NCBI GenBank assembly: GCA_965226195.1
Contig: OZ245333.1
Span: forward strand, 2,344,275 to 2,408,274
From: Oligoflexales bacterium
GTDB taxonomy: Bacteria; Bdellovibrionota_B; Oligoflexia; Oligoflexales; JAPPIL01
DNA length: 64,000 bases
Reading direction: 5' to 3'
Part shown: positions 1 through 8,757 of the stretch, one piece after another
Position numbering within the stretch: the stretch's first letter is position 1
Layout of the letters: each line of letters starts with the position of its first letter
Notes under the pieces: model-generated
What the model was told of the DNA's origin: nothing
Database searches by the model: none
What the model saw: the letters and a program-made list of their open reading frames with translations, nothing else
Made by a program: the position numbers and the translations under genes

Positions 1-494
1 ATCAGAAGGATACTGCCATTGGTGTGGCTGCGAGGAAAATTGCAGAAATAGACACGATCCTCTCAGAAATGGCAGCCAAGCGTGAAAGTATCGACAAACG
101 CTTGAGCTTCTTGCTTGAGGGTGACAACCTGGAGATGGCACAATCGTTCAGAGACGAGTATAGCAAACAGTTTATGATTTTGAGGGACAAGGAGCGGGAG
201 CTTGGCAGTACGAAGAGGCAGCTTCAACTAATGCACAAGCACTTTTTGGAGGCGCAACCTTCCCGCAAAGGTGGAGGGCTGGAGTTTATCAACGAGGCAA
301 TCAACTACATCAAGAAAGATGATTTGACCTCGCTCAAGTCTGTATACCGAAGGATGTTTCAGAAGGTCGTCATCCGTCCACTTGAGGGGAAGAGAGTTCA
401 GCTGGAGTTCATTTTCAAAGACATGACCACACCACCTAACGGGGGTGTGGTCGCATATTGCACAGCGGTGGGCAAGCCTCCCCTCCCCATATAA
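1..494 (+). CDS. Large serine recombinase-like protein, C-terminal fragment (5' end outside the window)
   Basis: The frame is open from nt 3 to the TAA at 492-494, so the listed GTG at 24 is not the real start. A long helical heptad-like stretch (KIAEIDTILSEMAAKRESIDKRLSFLLEG...RDKERELGSTKRQLQL) is followed by VYRRMFQKVVIRPLEGKRVQLEFIFK. This resembles the coiled-coil and terminal tail of large serine recombinases. The family call is by recall; the catalytic domain is not visible. Confidence 0.5.
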   Translation, partial: QKDTAIGVAARKIAEIDTILSEMAAKRESIDKRLSFLLEGDNLEMAQSFRDEYSKQFMILRDKERELGSTKRQLQLMHKHFLEAQPSRKGGGLEFINEAINYIKKDDLTSLKSVYRRMFQKVVIRPLEGKRVQLEFIFKDMTTPPNGGVVAYCTAVGKPPLPI

Positions 495-530
495 AAACAA
501 AATGCAAAAGCAAATGACAAAAAACCAAAC

Positions 531-1817
531 TTACATGTCGAAAATTTTGCCAGGATTGAGGATACCAACGGGGTCGAGTAGTTTCTTAATGTTTCGCATC
601 AGATCGATTTCGGCTTCAGTGCGAGTCAGATGTAGGAATGGCTTCTTGAGGAGGCCGATGCCGTGTTCGGCGCTGATACTGCCGTTGTATTCGCTGACCA
701 GTTCGTGTTGTTGCCGCTCTAGGTTGAGAATTTTCTCCAGGTCCGACTCTTCGTTACTGATGTAGTCGATGTGGAAGTTGCCGTCTCCGACGTGTCCATA
801 GGAGATGATGCCGATGCTTTGGGGTCTGGTCTCGAAGCGCTGCATCATGTCGCTGAGGAATTCACCCATTTTGGGTATTGGTAGCGATACGTCGGTGCGT
901 TTGGCACACTTGTAAGCACCGACGGCTTCGACGATCATGTCGCGGTAAGTCCAGATGGTTAGGTAATCGTCAAGCGATTGGGCAATGAGGCCATCGTTGG
1001 CTAGCTCCGTGCTAAACATTTCTTCGATAAACGAGTCGATGCGATCTTGGCTACCCTCTAGGACGATTAGCATGTAGCAGTTACCATCTAACAGCGGCTT
1101 GAGGTTTTTGAGTTTCTTGACTGCATCGTAGCTGGTGCGGGAAAAAAACTCTAATGTATTGACTTTCAGTGACTTGAGATGACACAACTCCAGTGTGCGC
1201 AGCACCTTGTCGAAGGTGTCGGTGACGCAGCACATGGTGGTCATTTTTTCAGGACGTGTCATCAGTCTGACAGTTGCTTTGGTGACGATACCGAGTGTGC
1301 CTTCTGCGCCAATGAAGAGTTCTTCCAACGCATAGCCGGTGTTGTCCTTGCGTAGCGAGCCTTTGAGGTTGAAGACCTGCCCGTTAGCGAGTACCACCTC
1401 AAGTCCAAGCACTTGTTGGCGCATGCCGCCGTTGCGGATGAATTTTTTGCCCGCGGCATTGGTGGAGATGTTGCCGCCGATGAGCGAACTGCCTGCAGAG
1501 CCGAGATCGAGTGCGAACATTACGCCGCGCTTTTCGGCTGCTTCTTGCAGCACCTGTGTGTTGACACCCGCTTCGACCACGGCAAACATGCCGATACTGT
1601 CTATTTCGACGATTTTGTTCATGCGTTGCAGCGACAACACGACTTCGCCGTTGACTGCCATTGCTCCGCCGACCAAGCCTGTGCGTCCTCCATTGGGTAC
1701 GACCTTGATGTTGTGCTCGTTGCAGTAGCTGAGTATCTTGCTGACTTCATCGGTGCAGATGGGTAGAAGAATGGCTGCGGGGTTGGGGTTGGGGACGGTG
1801 CTCCAATCCTTGCCCAT
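531..1817 (-). CDS. FAD-linked oxidase, GlcD / D-lactate dehydrogenase family
   Basis: 428-aa ORF. FAD-binding half (VVPNGGRTGLVGGA, GSAGSSLIGGNISTNAAG) and C-terminal ISAEHGIGLLKK...LDPVGILNPGKIF are typical of FAD/FMN-containing dehydrogenases. The ATG at 1817 lacks a well-placed SD. The conserved family N-terminus continues upstream in frame beyond a TAA (see 1824-1907). Confidence 0.85.
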   Translation of the reverse strand: MGKDWSTVPNPNPAAILLPICTDEVSKILSYCNEHNIKVVPNGGRTGLVGGAMAVNGEVVLSLQRMNKIVEIDSIGMFAVVEAGVNTQVLQEAAEKRGVMFALDLGSAGSSLIGGNISTNAAGKKFIRNGGMRQQVLGLEVVLANGQVFNLKGSLRKDNTGYALEELFIGAEGTLGIVTKATVRLMTRPEKMTTMCCVTDTFDKVLRTLELCHLKSLKVNTLEFFSRTSYDAVKKLKNLKPLLDGNCYMLIVLEGSQDRIDSFIEEMFSTELANDGLIAQSLDDYLTIWTYRDMIVEAVGAYKCAKRTDVSLPIPKMGEFLSDMMQRFETRPQSIGIISYGHVGDGNFHIDYISNEESDLEKILNLERQQHELVSEYNGSISAEHGIGLLKKPFLHLTRTEAEIDLMRNIKKLLDPVGILNPGKIFDM

Positions 1818-1823
1818 GTGTTA

Positions 1824-1907
1824 GAGATCGTTCTCCGACTGCCGCACGTTCCTTTCGCCGACAATTTCTTGAAAACGGACGACTGCTTCGGGGCTCAATG
1901 TTTGCAT
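1824..1907 (-). other. Detached 28-codon N-terminal segment of the FAD-oxidase gene (same frame, separated by TAA 1821-1823)
   Basis: ATG 1905-1907 is preceded by GGGAGG with an 8-nt spacer. It encodes MQTLSPEAVVRFQEIVGERNVRQSENDL, the usual beginning of GlcD-type proteins, then TAA-CAC-ATG(1817). Confidence 0.6.
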
Positions 1908-2026
1908 AACTGTGACCTCCCTGTTGACAACTATTCCAGTCTATCTATTAAAACAGATTTTTGCTGGTTATACTTACCATAACCATGTATAAGATCTGTA
2001 AAAAGTAAAGCCCAAAAAAATCTCAC

Positions 2027-2797
2027 TCAAACAATAAGTTTATCGCTAACACCTTCAGAAGAAGGAAGGTGACTTCTTGGTGGAGGACGCACTAAGTTGA
2101 ACCACAAAATCAAGTAAGCGACAGCGATGCCATCTCGCCAGGTTATTTTTTTGCCTTCGTCATAAGTGCGTGGTCGATAGGAAATAGGGAATTCTTTAAT
2201 ACGCACACCTCGCATACGGGCAAGGTTGGCAATAATCTCAACATCAATACTGAAGCGAGATGAAGACAGACGTAAATTTTTCAGCACTGCAGCACGAAAA
2301 AATTTGTAACATGTTGAGGCATCGGTGACGCGCAAATCTGAACAGATGTTGCTCAAAAAAGTTATGGCACTGTTCTTCAAATAATGCCTTGTGCGATATA
2401 CTTGGCACGTTGCCTGATGAAAGCGTGAACCAAATGCAACATCTAACTCTCCCGCTATAACTGGCTTAATTAATTTAGGGATGTCATCAAAATCATATTC
2501 AAAATCACAGTCCTGAATGCCAATAATATCACCACTAGCCATAGCAATGCCTTTACGCACACAACTGCCCTTGCCTTCGTTTCTGTCATTAATAAGAATC
2601 TTATGCTCACTGCGGAAGGGAAAAGATTGCAGAATTTCCAACGAGTTGTCGCTTGACTTGTCATCAATAAAGACCAGTTCCAACTTTACACCATCAAAAC
2701 GCAACTCGTCTATTTTTTGCAAAAATTCCAACAAATGTTGTGATTCACAGTAGATTGGAACTATCAGGCTCAACCGCGCTTGCTTCTCTTGCTTCAT
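2027..2797 (-). CDS. Family-2 glycosyltransferase (polyprenol-phosphate glycosyltransferase-like)
   Basis: 256 aa. LSLIVPIYCESQHLLEFLQKI, LVFIDDKSSDNS and IIGIQDCDFEYD match the GT-A/GT2 N-terminal strand and acidic (DD, DxD-like) motifs. Hydrophobic C-terminal helix (GIAVAYLILWFNLV). Confidence 0.8.
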   Translation of the reverse strand: MKQEKQARLSLIVPIYCESQHLLEFLQKIDELRFDGVKLELVFIDDKSSDNSLEILQSFPFRSEHKILINDRNEGKGSCVRKGIAMASGDIIGIQDCDFEYDFDDIPKLIKPVIAGELDVAFGSRFHQATCQVYRTRHYLKNSAITFLSNICSDLRVTDASTCYKFFRAAVLKNLRLSSSRFSIDVEIIANLARMRGVRIKEFPISYRPRTYDEGKKITWRDGIAVAYLILWFNLVRPPPRSHLPSSEGVSDKLIV

Positions 2798-2800
2798 AAT

Positions 2801-4492
2801 TTACACCCTACGGCGCAGTAGCACTGTTAATAAAGGCAACGCCAATAACACACATAAGAAACCCGTGGCGTTGCTTTGAGAGCCAACAACCGCACAACGA
2901 CTGCGCTCCACTTGCTCTTCATCACTGCCTAAGGGCAATGATTCGGTGAGGCGCGGGTTGGGTTGAAAACTCTCACAATCAAGGTCATGCAACATGCCAC
3001 GTTCATGAAACTCACGGATAATTGCACAGCTGTAATCACCATGTGACAGTGCTACATGCAGCAGCGTCAGCGCAAAGGCACGAAAATCACTATCTACCCC
3101 AAGTGACTCAACAGTATCAAAAACAATACGCAGTACCTTTGTGGCGGGTATATTCCACTGCGCGTGCAAATCCCACAATAGTGCGGAGATAACTTGTCCC
3201 TTAGTATGCTGGCCTTGACCTGTTTCAATCTGTAAATCATTCTCGGCAGTGCGCAAACACTGACCATCAACATAACAGATAGGTGAGCCAAGTGGACATA
3301 TCGATTCCCCTAAACAGCTGTCCCCAGTAGCTGAGTAAGTAAAATAATCAGCAAGACCCTCATGTAATGCAATTGCTTGCTCATGTCGTGCCTTCAAGGT
3401 GCGGTAGACAACATGATGTGAAAATTCGTGCGCAACAACATCAAAATCAAGTGGAAGATTCTGCAGTGTGTGGTTATCACCGTCTGCAATGAGAATACGT
3501 GCTCCCCTAGTCGTATTCGCTGGCTCATAGCTAGCATTGTTACTCAACCGCTTTGTGTTGATGTTCTGTGCATGCACAGATAACTGCACGGGATGACTAT
3601 CCTCCCATCGATAGCCAAGTCCCTGAAAAAATTCTAACATGCGATTCACAAAAGCGTAAGCAGCAAGTTCTGCGTAGCGGCGATCATCAGGTAAAAATCG
3701 CACCGCCTCACTGTCAATCATTAATGGCTCTTTCCCATAAGGCAAGGAATGAAAACAACAATTGCGCAAAAAACCATCTGCATCAGTATCTATCGATACC
3801 ATCTCACCTTCTCCGTTGATGTTAGGATAATACACAAAAGCCTCTTTTGTCGCGTGTAGGGTGTTGTTGATTAGATAGTAAACTCTGTTGGCATCAGCTT
3901 GTGCAAACCACCGCCGCGTGCCACGTTTGAGCTGCACCTCCCATACCAGCTGCGGCTCACCGTCAACTATTTTCCAGCAATCATCAGCACTAATTAGCTC
4001 AGTGCTGGCAAGCTTGTTGGGAAAATACTGTTCAATTCTCGCTAACACAACAGACAAATCAGGTAACTCACCTGCAGCACCAATCCCAAAACGAATTTCA
4101 AGCTGTGGCAAATTGCCATTAACGTAAAAAAACTTTTCGCTCTGCAGCGCATTCACAAAATAATCATGACACAACCGCTTGCCATTAAGACTAAATTGCC
4201 AGCGATAAACATCGAAATTTCGGAGAGATTTTTTTGTAACTTGTAGCGAAAGAAAAGGATGTAATCTTTCACGATAAAGAAAATTTTCTAGTCCAACAAC
4301 ATCTCGCAACCTACTGTATCTAGTTGCCATGTGAACTTCTAGCTGCCTGTATTCATGTGGCACTGTCACCAATAATGGCCACTGCTGATTAAAGTAATTT
4401 GAGGTAAATGCAAAGGCTAATTCAGCTCTAAAAAAAATAAATATGAAAAAAATAAAAAACAGTTTAAGGTTTTTCTGCATGACCTGCCACAA
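2801..4492 (-). CDS. Secreted zinc metalloprotease (gluzincin, HEXXH...E) with C-terminal Cys + TM + RRR tail
   Basis: 563 aa. N-terminal signal-like KNLKLFFIFFIFIFFRAELAFA. VVAHEFSHHVVY followed about 19 residues later by ALHEGLADYFTY, i.e. thermolysin/M4-M36-like spacing. The C-terminus is RSRCAVVGSQSNATGFLCVLLALPLLTVLLRRRV. The start is uncertain (TTG 4492 or ATG 4480). A 3-nt gap to the downstream GT2 gene suggests an operon. Confidence 0.7.
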   Translation of the reverse strand: MWQVMQKNLKLFFIFFIFIFFRAELAFAFTSNYFNQQWPLLVTVPHEYRQLEVHMATRYSRLRDVVGLENFLYRERLHPFLSLQVTKKSLRNFDVYRWQFSLNGKRLCHDYFVNALQSEKFFYVNGNLPQLEIRFGIGAAGELPDLSVVLARIEQYFPNKLASTELISADDCWKIVDGEPQLVWEVQLKRGTRRWFAQADANRVYYLINNTLHATKEAFVYYPNINGEGEMVSIDTDADGFLRNCCFHSLPYGKEPLMIDSEAVRFLPDDRRYAELAAYAFVNRMLEFFQGLGYRWEDSHPVQLSVHAQNINTKRLSNNASYEPANTTRGARILIADGDNHTLQNLPLDFDVVAHEFSHHVVYRTLKARHEQAIALHEGLADYFTYSATGDSCLGESICPLGSPICYVDGQCLRTAENDLQIETGQGQHTKGQVISALLWDLHAQWNIPATKVLRIVFDTVESLGVDSDFRAFALTLLHVALSHGDYSCAIIREFHERGMLHDLDCESFQPNPRLTESLPLGSDEEQVERSRCAVVGSQSNATGFLCVLLALPLLTVLLRRRV

Positions 4493-4601
4493 GCTGTCTC
4501 GCTTAGCTCTCGGCAGGAAGGGGAAATATGATTAAGGTAAAAAAAAGCAACCGATAAGATACATAGAAGATGGTCTTGGTTTTTACATAAGGGGGGCGGA
4601 T

Positions 4602-5018
4602 ATGAAGGCTTTGTGCCTTGTAATAATTTTTGCCTGTGCAGCATGCAAACCTATTACTAGGCAAGAAGAGCCAGTTAGTGATAACAAGAAATTTATTGTC
4701 ATGAAGAATTTGCTGCAGCGTATCTTTTCTCCCATCAGAAAACAGGAGGCTAAAGTGCTTTCGATAGCTAAGCGCATGTCAAAGCAGAAAAACTACGGCA
4801 GTTTAGTGGAGCAATTGGAGAATGTTAGATTTCAAGTACTCGATGTGCGTAGAGATTACGAACTTGTTGCTAGTCAACTACCACCAGCACGAGGCTGGTG
4901 GCTTGCGGCTGTTCAGGCAACAAGCCTGAACGCTGCATGCGGCCGATTGACTGCGGCCTGCCCTTGCCTTAGGTTAGACAGGGATTGGATGTTCAAAGCG
5001 GCATTGATGTCGGCATGA
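4602..5018 (+). CDS. Small putative lipoprotein whose 3' end runs into the IS right end
   Basis: ATG 4602 is preceded by AAGGGGGG. The N-terminus MKALCLVIIFACAAC is signal/lipobox-like. From about 4873 onward the ORF reads through IS-derived sequence, so the native C-terminus is probably replaced. Confidence 0.35.
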   Translation: MKALCLVIIFACAACKPITRQEEPVSDNKKFIVMKNLLQRIFSPIRKQEAKVLSIAKRMSKQKNYGSLVEQLENVRFQVLDVRRDYELVASQLPPARGWWLAAVQATSLNAACGRLTAACPCLRLDRDWMFKAALMSA

Positions 5019-6105
5019 TTGGCATACGCACAACTACCACAACGATAGAAGCTACCCTTACGGTTCGACTTCTTCACTTTACGGCACACAAAACAACGCG
5101 GTGACGTATACCTCGCATCCACCTTCTCAACCGTCTTGCCCTCTTGTTCAGCCTTGTATGACAAAAAATTATAGAACTGTGAAAACGGCCATTGCGACAA
5201 ACGACGATTGAATCTCCGTCCTCGACCTCGCTGGCGAATACCAACCAAGTCCTCAACCACAAAATGTCGCACATTACACTCACCTACTACCACCTTTGTC
5301 ACACAATGCAGAGTGTTCGTCGTAAACCGTCTCTCTCGACCAGCAAGCTCCTTAAGCTTACGCTTCACTGAACGAGTGCACCCTACGCTGATAATTATAC
5401 CGCCGCCTGATCGCATTCAGACGGCTTGCTGCATATATCTTGCCATTAGACAAAGTCGCTATGTTCCTCAAACCCAAATCAACACCGCGGCTCTCCCCCT
5501 CACTTTGTTCAGGCGGGGCTGCGTGCTCAAACACAACGCATGCCCACCACCTACCAGATGCATATTTGACCACCATGCTCTTCACCGGCCCTTGCACCCA
5601 TCGTGCTTGAAAAGGAAACACCGTTATGCTTTCTTCCTTAACACCGTTAGGGGTAGAATACTTGATCGACGTACCCTTGAAACTGAAACAACGCTTGTCA
5701 ACACGCATCGACAGTGTCCTGCGACTGGCGAGTTTCTTGTTGCCTTTGTGCAAGCTGTGGCGTTTGGCAACCTCTACCGCATGGTCGCGGATAGACTGCA
5801 CCTGGGCGGATTTTAAGGTTGGAAACAACTCTCTTGCTTCCCGATAAGTCTCTCGGTGTAGAGCTGACTTGCTGCATGTCTTGAGCTTAATGATGCGCTT
5901 GATATACCAATTGAAAAGCTTCGTCCCATCCTTGATCATGCTGGAGTCGCTGAAGTCTTTGAGTTCAAATTTAACTGACCTAGTCATACATATATTTTAC
6001 CAACAAAATGCAATATACCCAACATCTTACCAATTTTTTGAAAAATTCTCAGCGCAATTCATCCCACGCCACAAGGCCGTGGGTTTTCTTGCAAAAACTT
6101 AATAA
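4873..6105 (-). mobile_element. IS200/IS605-family element, tnpB-only (IS1341-like), no tnpA
   Basis: It contains a TnpB gene. The right-end hairpin is CCACCAGC-acgag-GCTGGTGG (4881-4901). A second hairpin, GTTCAGGC-aacaa-GCCTGAAC (4911-4931), spans the tnpB stop. The left-end imperfect hairpin is CCCACGCC-acaa-GGcCGTGGG (6063-6083). The right boundary comes from where similarity to the second copy at 48900-48999 ends (GTCAAC 4873-4878). The left boundary is approximate. Confidence 0.7.
4913..5987 (-). pseudogene. tnpB: tnpB (RNA-guided RuvC-like nuclease of IS605 family), split by a frameshift near 5377-5392
   Basis: Two overlapping ORFs (5358-5987 and 4913-5416) together give a full TnpB. 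RuvC-I is GVDLGLRNIAT and RuvC-II is FVVEDL. The zinc finger is CFVCRKV...CGSCAYANH and RuvC-III is HADINAALNI. The junction ...RRRYNYQRR(VH) / (GC)TRSVKRKLKELAGRERRF requires a +1 shift. Confidence 0.8.
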
Positions 6106-6374
6106 AAATATCGAGAGAATGGTATCTGATACATCTTCACCCCTTCCCCCCAAGATATTTCACATTTTAAGCACGAGTTACTTAACAACTATAGGAAGTG
6201 GAGTGAAGAGGTATCAGAGGAGTTAAAGCAATCTCTACGCGTAAATAAACTTTTTAGACCTGAAAAACCTGAATTAGAGCTTGGTGCTGAGTTAAAAGTG
6301 CTAACGGCCCAAAGTACCTCAAAACTATTTCCTTACCTATAGTCAGGTTTTAGATTGTGTCACCATGATACTTG

Positions 6375-6383
6375 TGGTATAAT
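6375..6383 (+). promoter_or_regulatory. Extended -10 promoter element (TGgTATAAT) for the downstream membrane-protein gene
   Basis: TGGTATAAT lies 22 nt upstream of the ATG at 6405, whose SD is GGGAGGA. No transcript data. Confidence 0.4.
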
Positions 6384-6404
6384 GGTAGCTTTAGGGAGGA
6401 TTTG

Positions 6405-7223
6405 ATGAAACTACGCCAAGGCATCGCGTTGTTGCTGTTAATGCAAGGTGGGATAGTTTTAGCTGATAGTTCAGCTACGAGTGATGCTGATGGCAGGATT
6501 GGTGTGGAGCGTTATGTTGCTGGTGGTGTAGTTGGCACAACGTTGGGACTGGGTATTGGGCATGCCATACAAGGACGTTATTGGCGTGACTACGGTTGGG
6601 CCTTCACTGCTGGTGAAATTATAACGTTTTTGGGCGCGGCGACGGCAGGAGGAGGGCATCATCATCCCCCCCGGTGCGTCGACCCGCATAGCACGCAGTG
6701 TAAGGAGGATAGTGATAGTAAGGAGGAGGAAAACCTGAGCAACTGGGCTATCAGTTTTTTTCTGGTCAAGGCTGCTGAAACTGTAGCAGTATGGTGGCCA
6801 CGTAATGTGAATTTTAAGACAATTGATGCAAAGAACCACGCGGTGGACAGTAGCCTTATTCCTATTACCCAGCAAAAATTTCTTCTAGGCGGTTTACTAG
6901 GAACTGTTGTTGGTTTTGGCACTGGACATGCCGTGCAAGGTCGTTGGCGACGTGAAGGTTGGAAGGGCACCGCATGGCAGGCAGGGGCAGTTGCTTTCAC
7001 TGTGTATAGTGCCACTGGGGATGAGGAATTTTTAAAGTGGTTTTTTGTTTCTGTAGGAGCATCTCTGTGGGCGGCGTTAAAAATTGTCGAGATCGCCAGC
7101 GTTTGGTGGCCTAGTCCTGATTATTATCGTATCGTCACAACCAAAAACCAACCGCCATCACTGGCTATCGTGCCGCTGCTCAACACTAAACAAGTGGGAG
7201 TGCAGCTGGTGCTGAGGATTTAG
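6405..7223 (+). CDS. Membrane protein with an internal two-fold repeat (glycine-zipper GxGxGHAxQGRW modules), unknown function
   Basis: Start chosen at ATG 6405 (SD GGGAGGA). Signal-like MKLRQGIALLLLMQGGIVLA. The first repeat is GGVVGTTLGLGIGHAIQGRYWRDYGW...VWWPRNVNFK. The second is GGLLGTVVGFGTGHAVQGRWRREGW...VWWPSPDYYR. Confidence 0.6.
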   Translation: MKLRQGIALLLLMQGGIVLADSSATSDADGRIGVERYVAGGVVGTTLGLGIGHAIQGRYWRDYGWAFTAGEIITFLGAATAGGGHHHPPRCVDPHSTQCKEDSDSKEEENLSNWAISFFLVKAAETVAVWWPRNVNFKTIDAKNHAVDSSLIPITQQKFLLGGLLGTVVGFGTGHAVQGRWRREGWKGTAWQAGAVAFTVYSATGDEEFLKWFFVSVGASLWAALKIVEIASVWWPSPDYYRIVTTKNQPPSLAIVPLLNTKQVGVQLVLRI

Positions 7224-7272
7224 TTAGCTTGCGTTTAGAGACGTGGAAGATTGCGCACGTCTGGGTAGCTTC

Positions 7273-8757
7273 TCAGCCCCCCTGTGGATCGGGGATACTG
7301 TCACTGAGAGCTGAATCTTTGCCCTTCTCGGAAGACATCGTATAACCTTCGAGTAGACTGCGTGCAGCCACATATACTTGTTCGCTATCGTTGTGCGAAA
7401 CATAGTAGTGTTCTTCGTTCTGGGGATGAGTGTGGAAAGAAATCTCCAGCTTGCTAGCTGCGCTAGACTCTTTGCCGCTTCCTCGCTCCGCGGGCTGATC
7501 CTTCTCCTTGCTCGCACGCTCTAGCTGTATAGTTATGCGTCGTGCTGGTGGTTGGGTGAGGATTTGTGCTACCTTTTTGCGGTCAGCGAACTCTATTGCC
7601 TCTGCAGTTTCTAAACTGTCAAGCAACAGATCAACCGAATCATTCGGTACTGGCTTGTTCTCCTCAGGCAACTTGCCTTCGGCATCAAGCTCGGCACTGC
7701 GATACCAATCATTAGCTACACGCCGATAACTCTCCCCATCGACATCAATCTCGACAACTTCCGCCGCGGCAAAAGTAAAAATACTGTGATCGCGGAAGTT
7801 CTCACTCAAATCACGCACCTTCTCCTCAAAGCTAGCAGGTAAGCCAAAGACAAGCTTGTCCGCGGCAAAAGCAGCCAGCAACTCACCTCGATCGCGCACA
7901 AAAGTAAGCTCCTTACTCTCGCCAGAGCTGAATTCAAACACGGCACTCATCACAATCTTACTCGCTGTCTTGAATTTTTTGATCAACTCCACATCTGGTG
8001 TGTTGATAAACTTTTCCGCCCGCACTTGATCGAAAGCCTCAACGTACTCGCTAACCTTCTGCTGTGCCGTTTTGAAAGGTTCAGGTCTGACCAACTGAAA
8101 CCTGCCATCCTGCCGTGTTAACTCATACGCTTGCGACTCACGATGCCAAAACGTCACGCCTGCCACTTTCTCTACATCAAGAGCAATCAACTGCTTGTCA
8201 CGAAAATTAAACAAACCCTTCTGCGTTGAATTCAACACATACTGACTGCCAAGATATATCTGTTCCTGACCACCAATTTGAAAATAGGTGCTGTAGCCAA
8301 CTGGTGCATTGTTGCCCAGCCGCAACTCATAACTACCTCCATCCTCTGCCCGCAACGTGATCAAACGCCGCGGTTTTTGCAAGCCAAATTCCTCCAACTT
8401 TACATTTTTGACCTCAGCACTAACAACTATTTCCTCATACTTATACTCCAGCACCGTCCTGATAAAATCACTCACCTCCCGCTGATCAGCAGCAGTCTCA
8501 AGCGGAGCAACAACACGCCACACACCATCAACCTGCTCCAATTCAACTACCTCAGCCTTGTTTTCCTCAGTTTTTGCTGCCTTTGCGCGGTCTACCAACG
8601 TAATCTTGCGCACTTGCTTTGCATCAAGATTGGCAAGCTTGCTTGCCTCCGCCTTCTCCTTTTGCTCTTTATCTGTCTGCCACTCGTCCCATGTTGCCAG
8701 ACCACCGAGCACAAGCAACAGCGCCGCCAGAATAAGCGGCGTGCGGATAAACTTCAC
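7273..8757 (-). CDS. DUF4340-like protein, last gene of the GldG-type ABC operon
   Basis: 494 aa. Single N-terminal TM (LILAALLLVLGGLATW), beta-rich repeats. The start overlaps the upstream GldG-like stop by 4 nt. The position after a GldG-like gene is typical for this family (recall). Confidence 0.6.
   Translation of the reverse strand: MKFIRTPLILAALLLVLGGLATWDEWQTDKEQKEKAEASKLANLDAKQVRKITLVDRAKAAKTEENKAEVVELEQVDGVWRVVAPLETAADQREVSDFIRTVLEYKYEEIVVSAEVKNVKLEEFGLQKPRRLITLRAEDGGSYELRLGNNAPVGYSTYFQIGGQEQIYLGSQYVLNSTQKGLFNFRDKQLIALDVEKVAGVTFWHRESQAYELTRQDGRFQLVRPEPFKTAQQKVSEYVEAFDQVRAEKFINTPDVELIKKFKTASKIVMSAVFEFSSGESKELTFVRDRGELLAAFAADKLVFGLPASFEEKVRDLSENFRDHSIFTFAAAEVVEIDVDGESYRRVANDWYRSAELDAEGKLPEENKPVPNDSVDLLLDSLETAEAIEFADRKKVAQILTQPPARRITIQLERASKEKDQPAERGSGKESSAASKLEISFHTHPQNEEHYYVSHNDSEQVYVAARSLLEGYTMSSEKGKDSALSDSIPDPQGG

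Noticed and set aside
1821-1823. In-frame TAA as a hint of stop-codon reassignment
   Set aside because: It is the only in-frame stop I found in a conserved gene. TAA is used as a genuine terminator elsewhere, for example at the RND gene end 29884-29886 and the recombinase fragment end 492-494.
1-6105. Prophage or integrative element suggested by the serine recombinase fragment and the IS
   Set aside because: No phage structural, replication or conjugation genes lie in the visible part. The recombinase is cut by the window edge, so any element would lie upstream, outside the window.
6100-6371. tRNA, tmRNA or rRNA genes in the larger intergenic gaps (also 13423-13680, 19211-19488, 34850-35654, 45616-46102, 52389-52706)
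   Set aside because: Reading these gaps, I could not find a cloverleaf-compatible acceptor/T-arm pairing or a GTTCGAATC-like T-loop. There are no rRNA-like conserved blocks. A tRNAscan/Infernal run would be the proper test.
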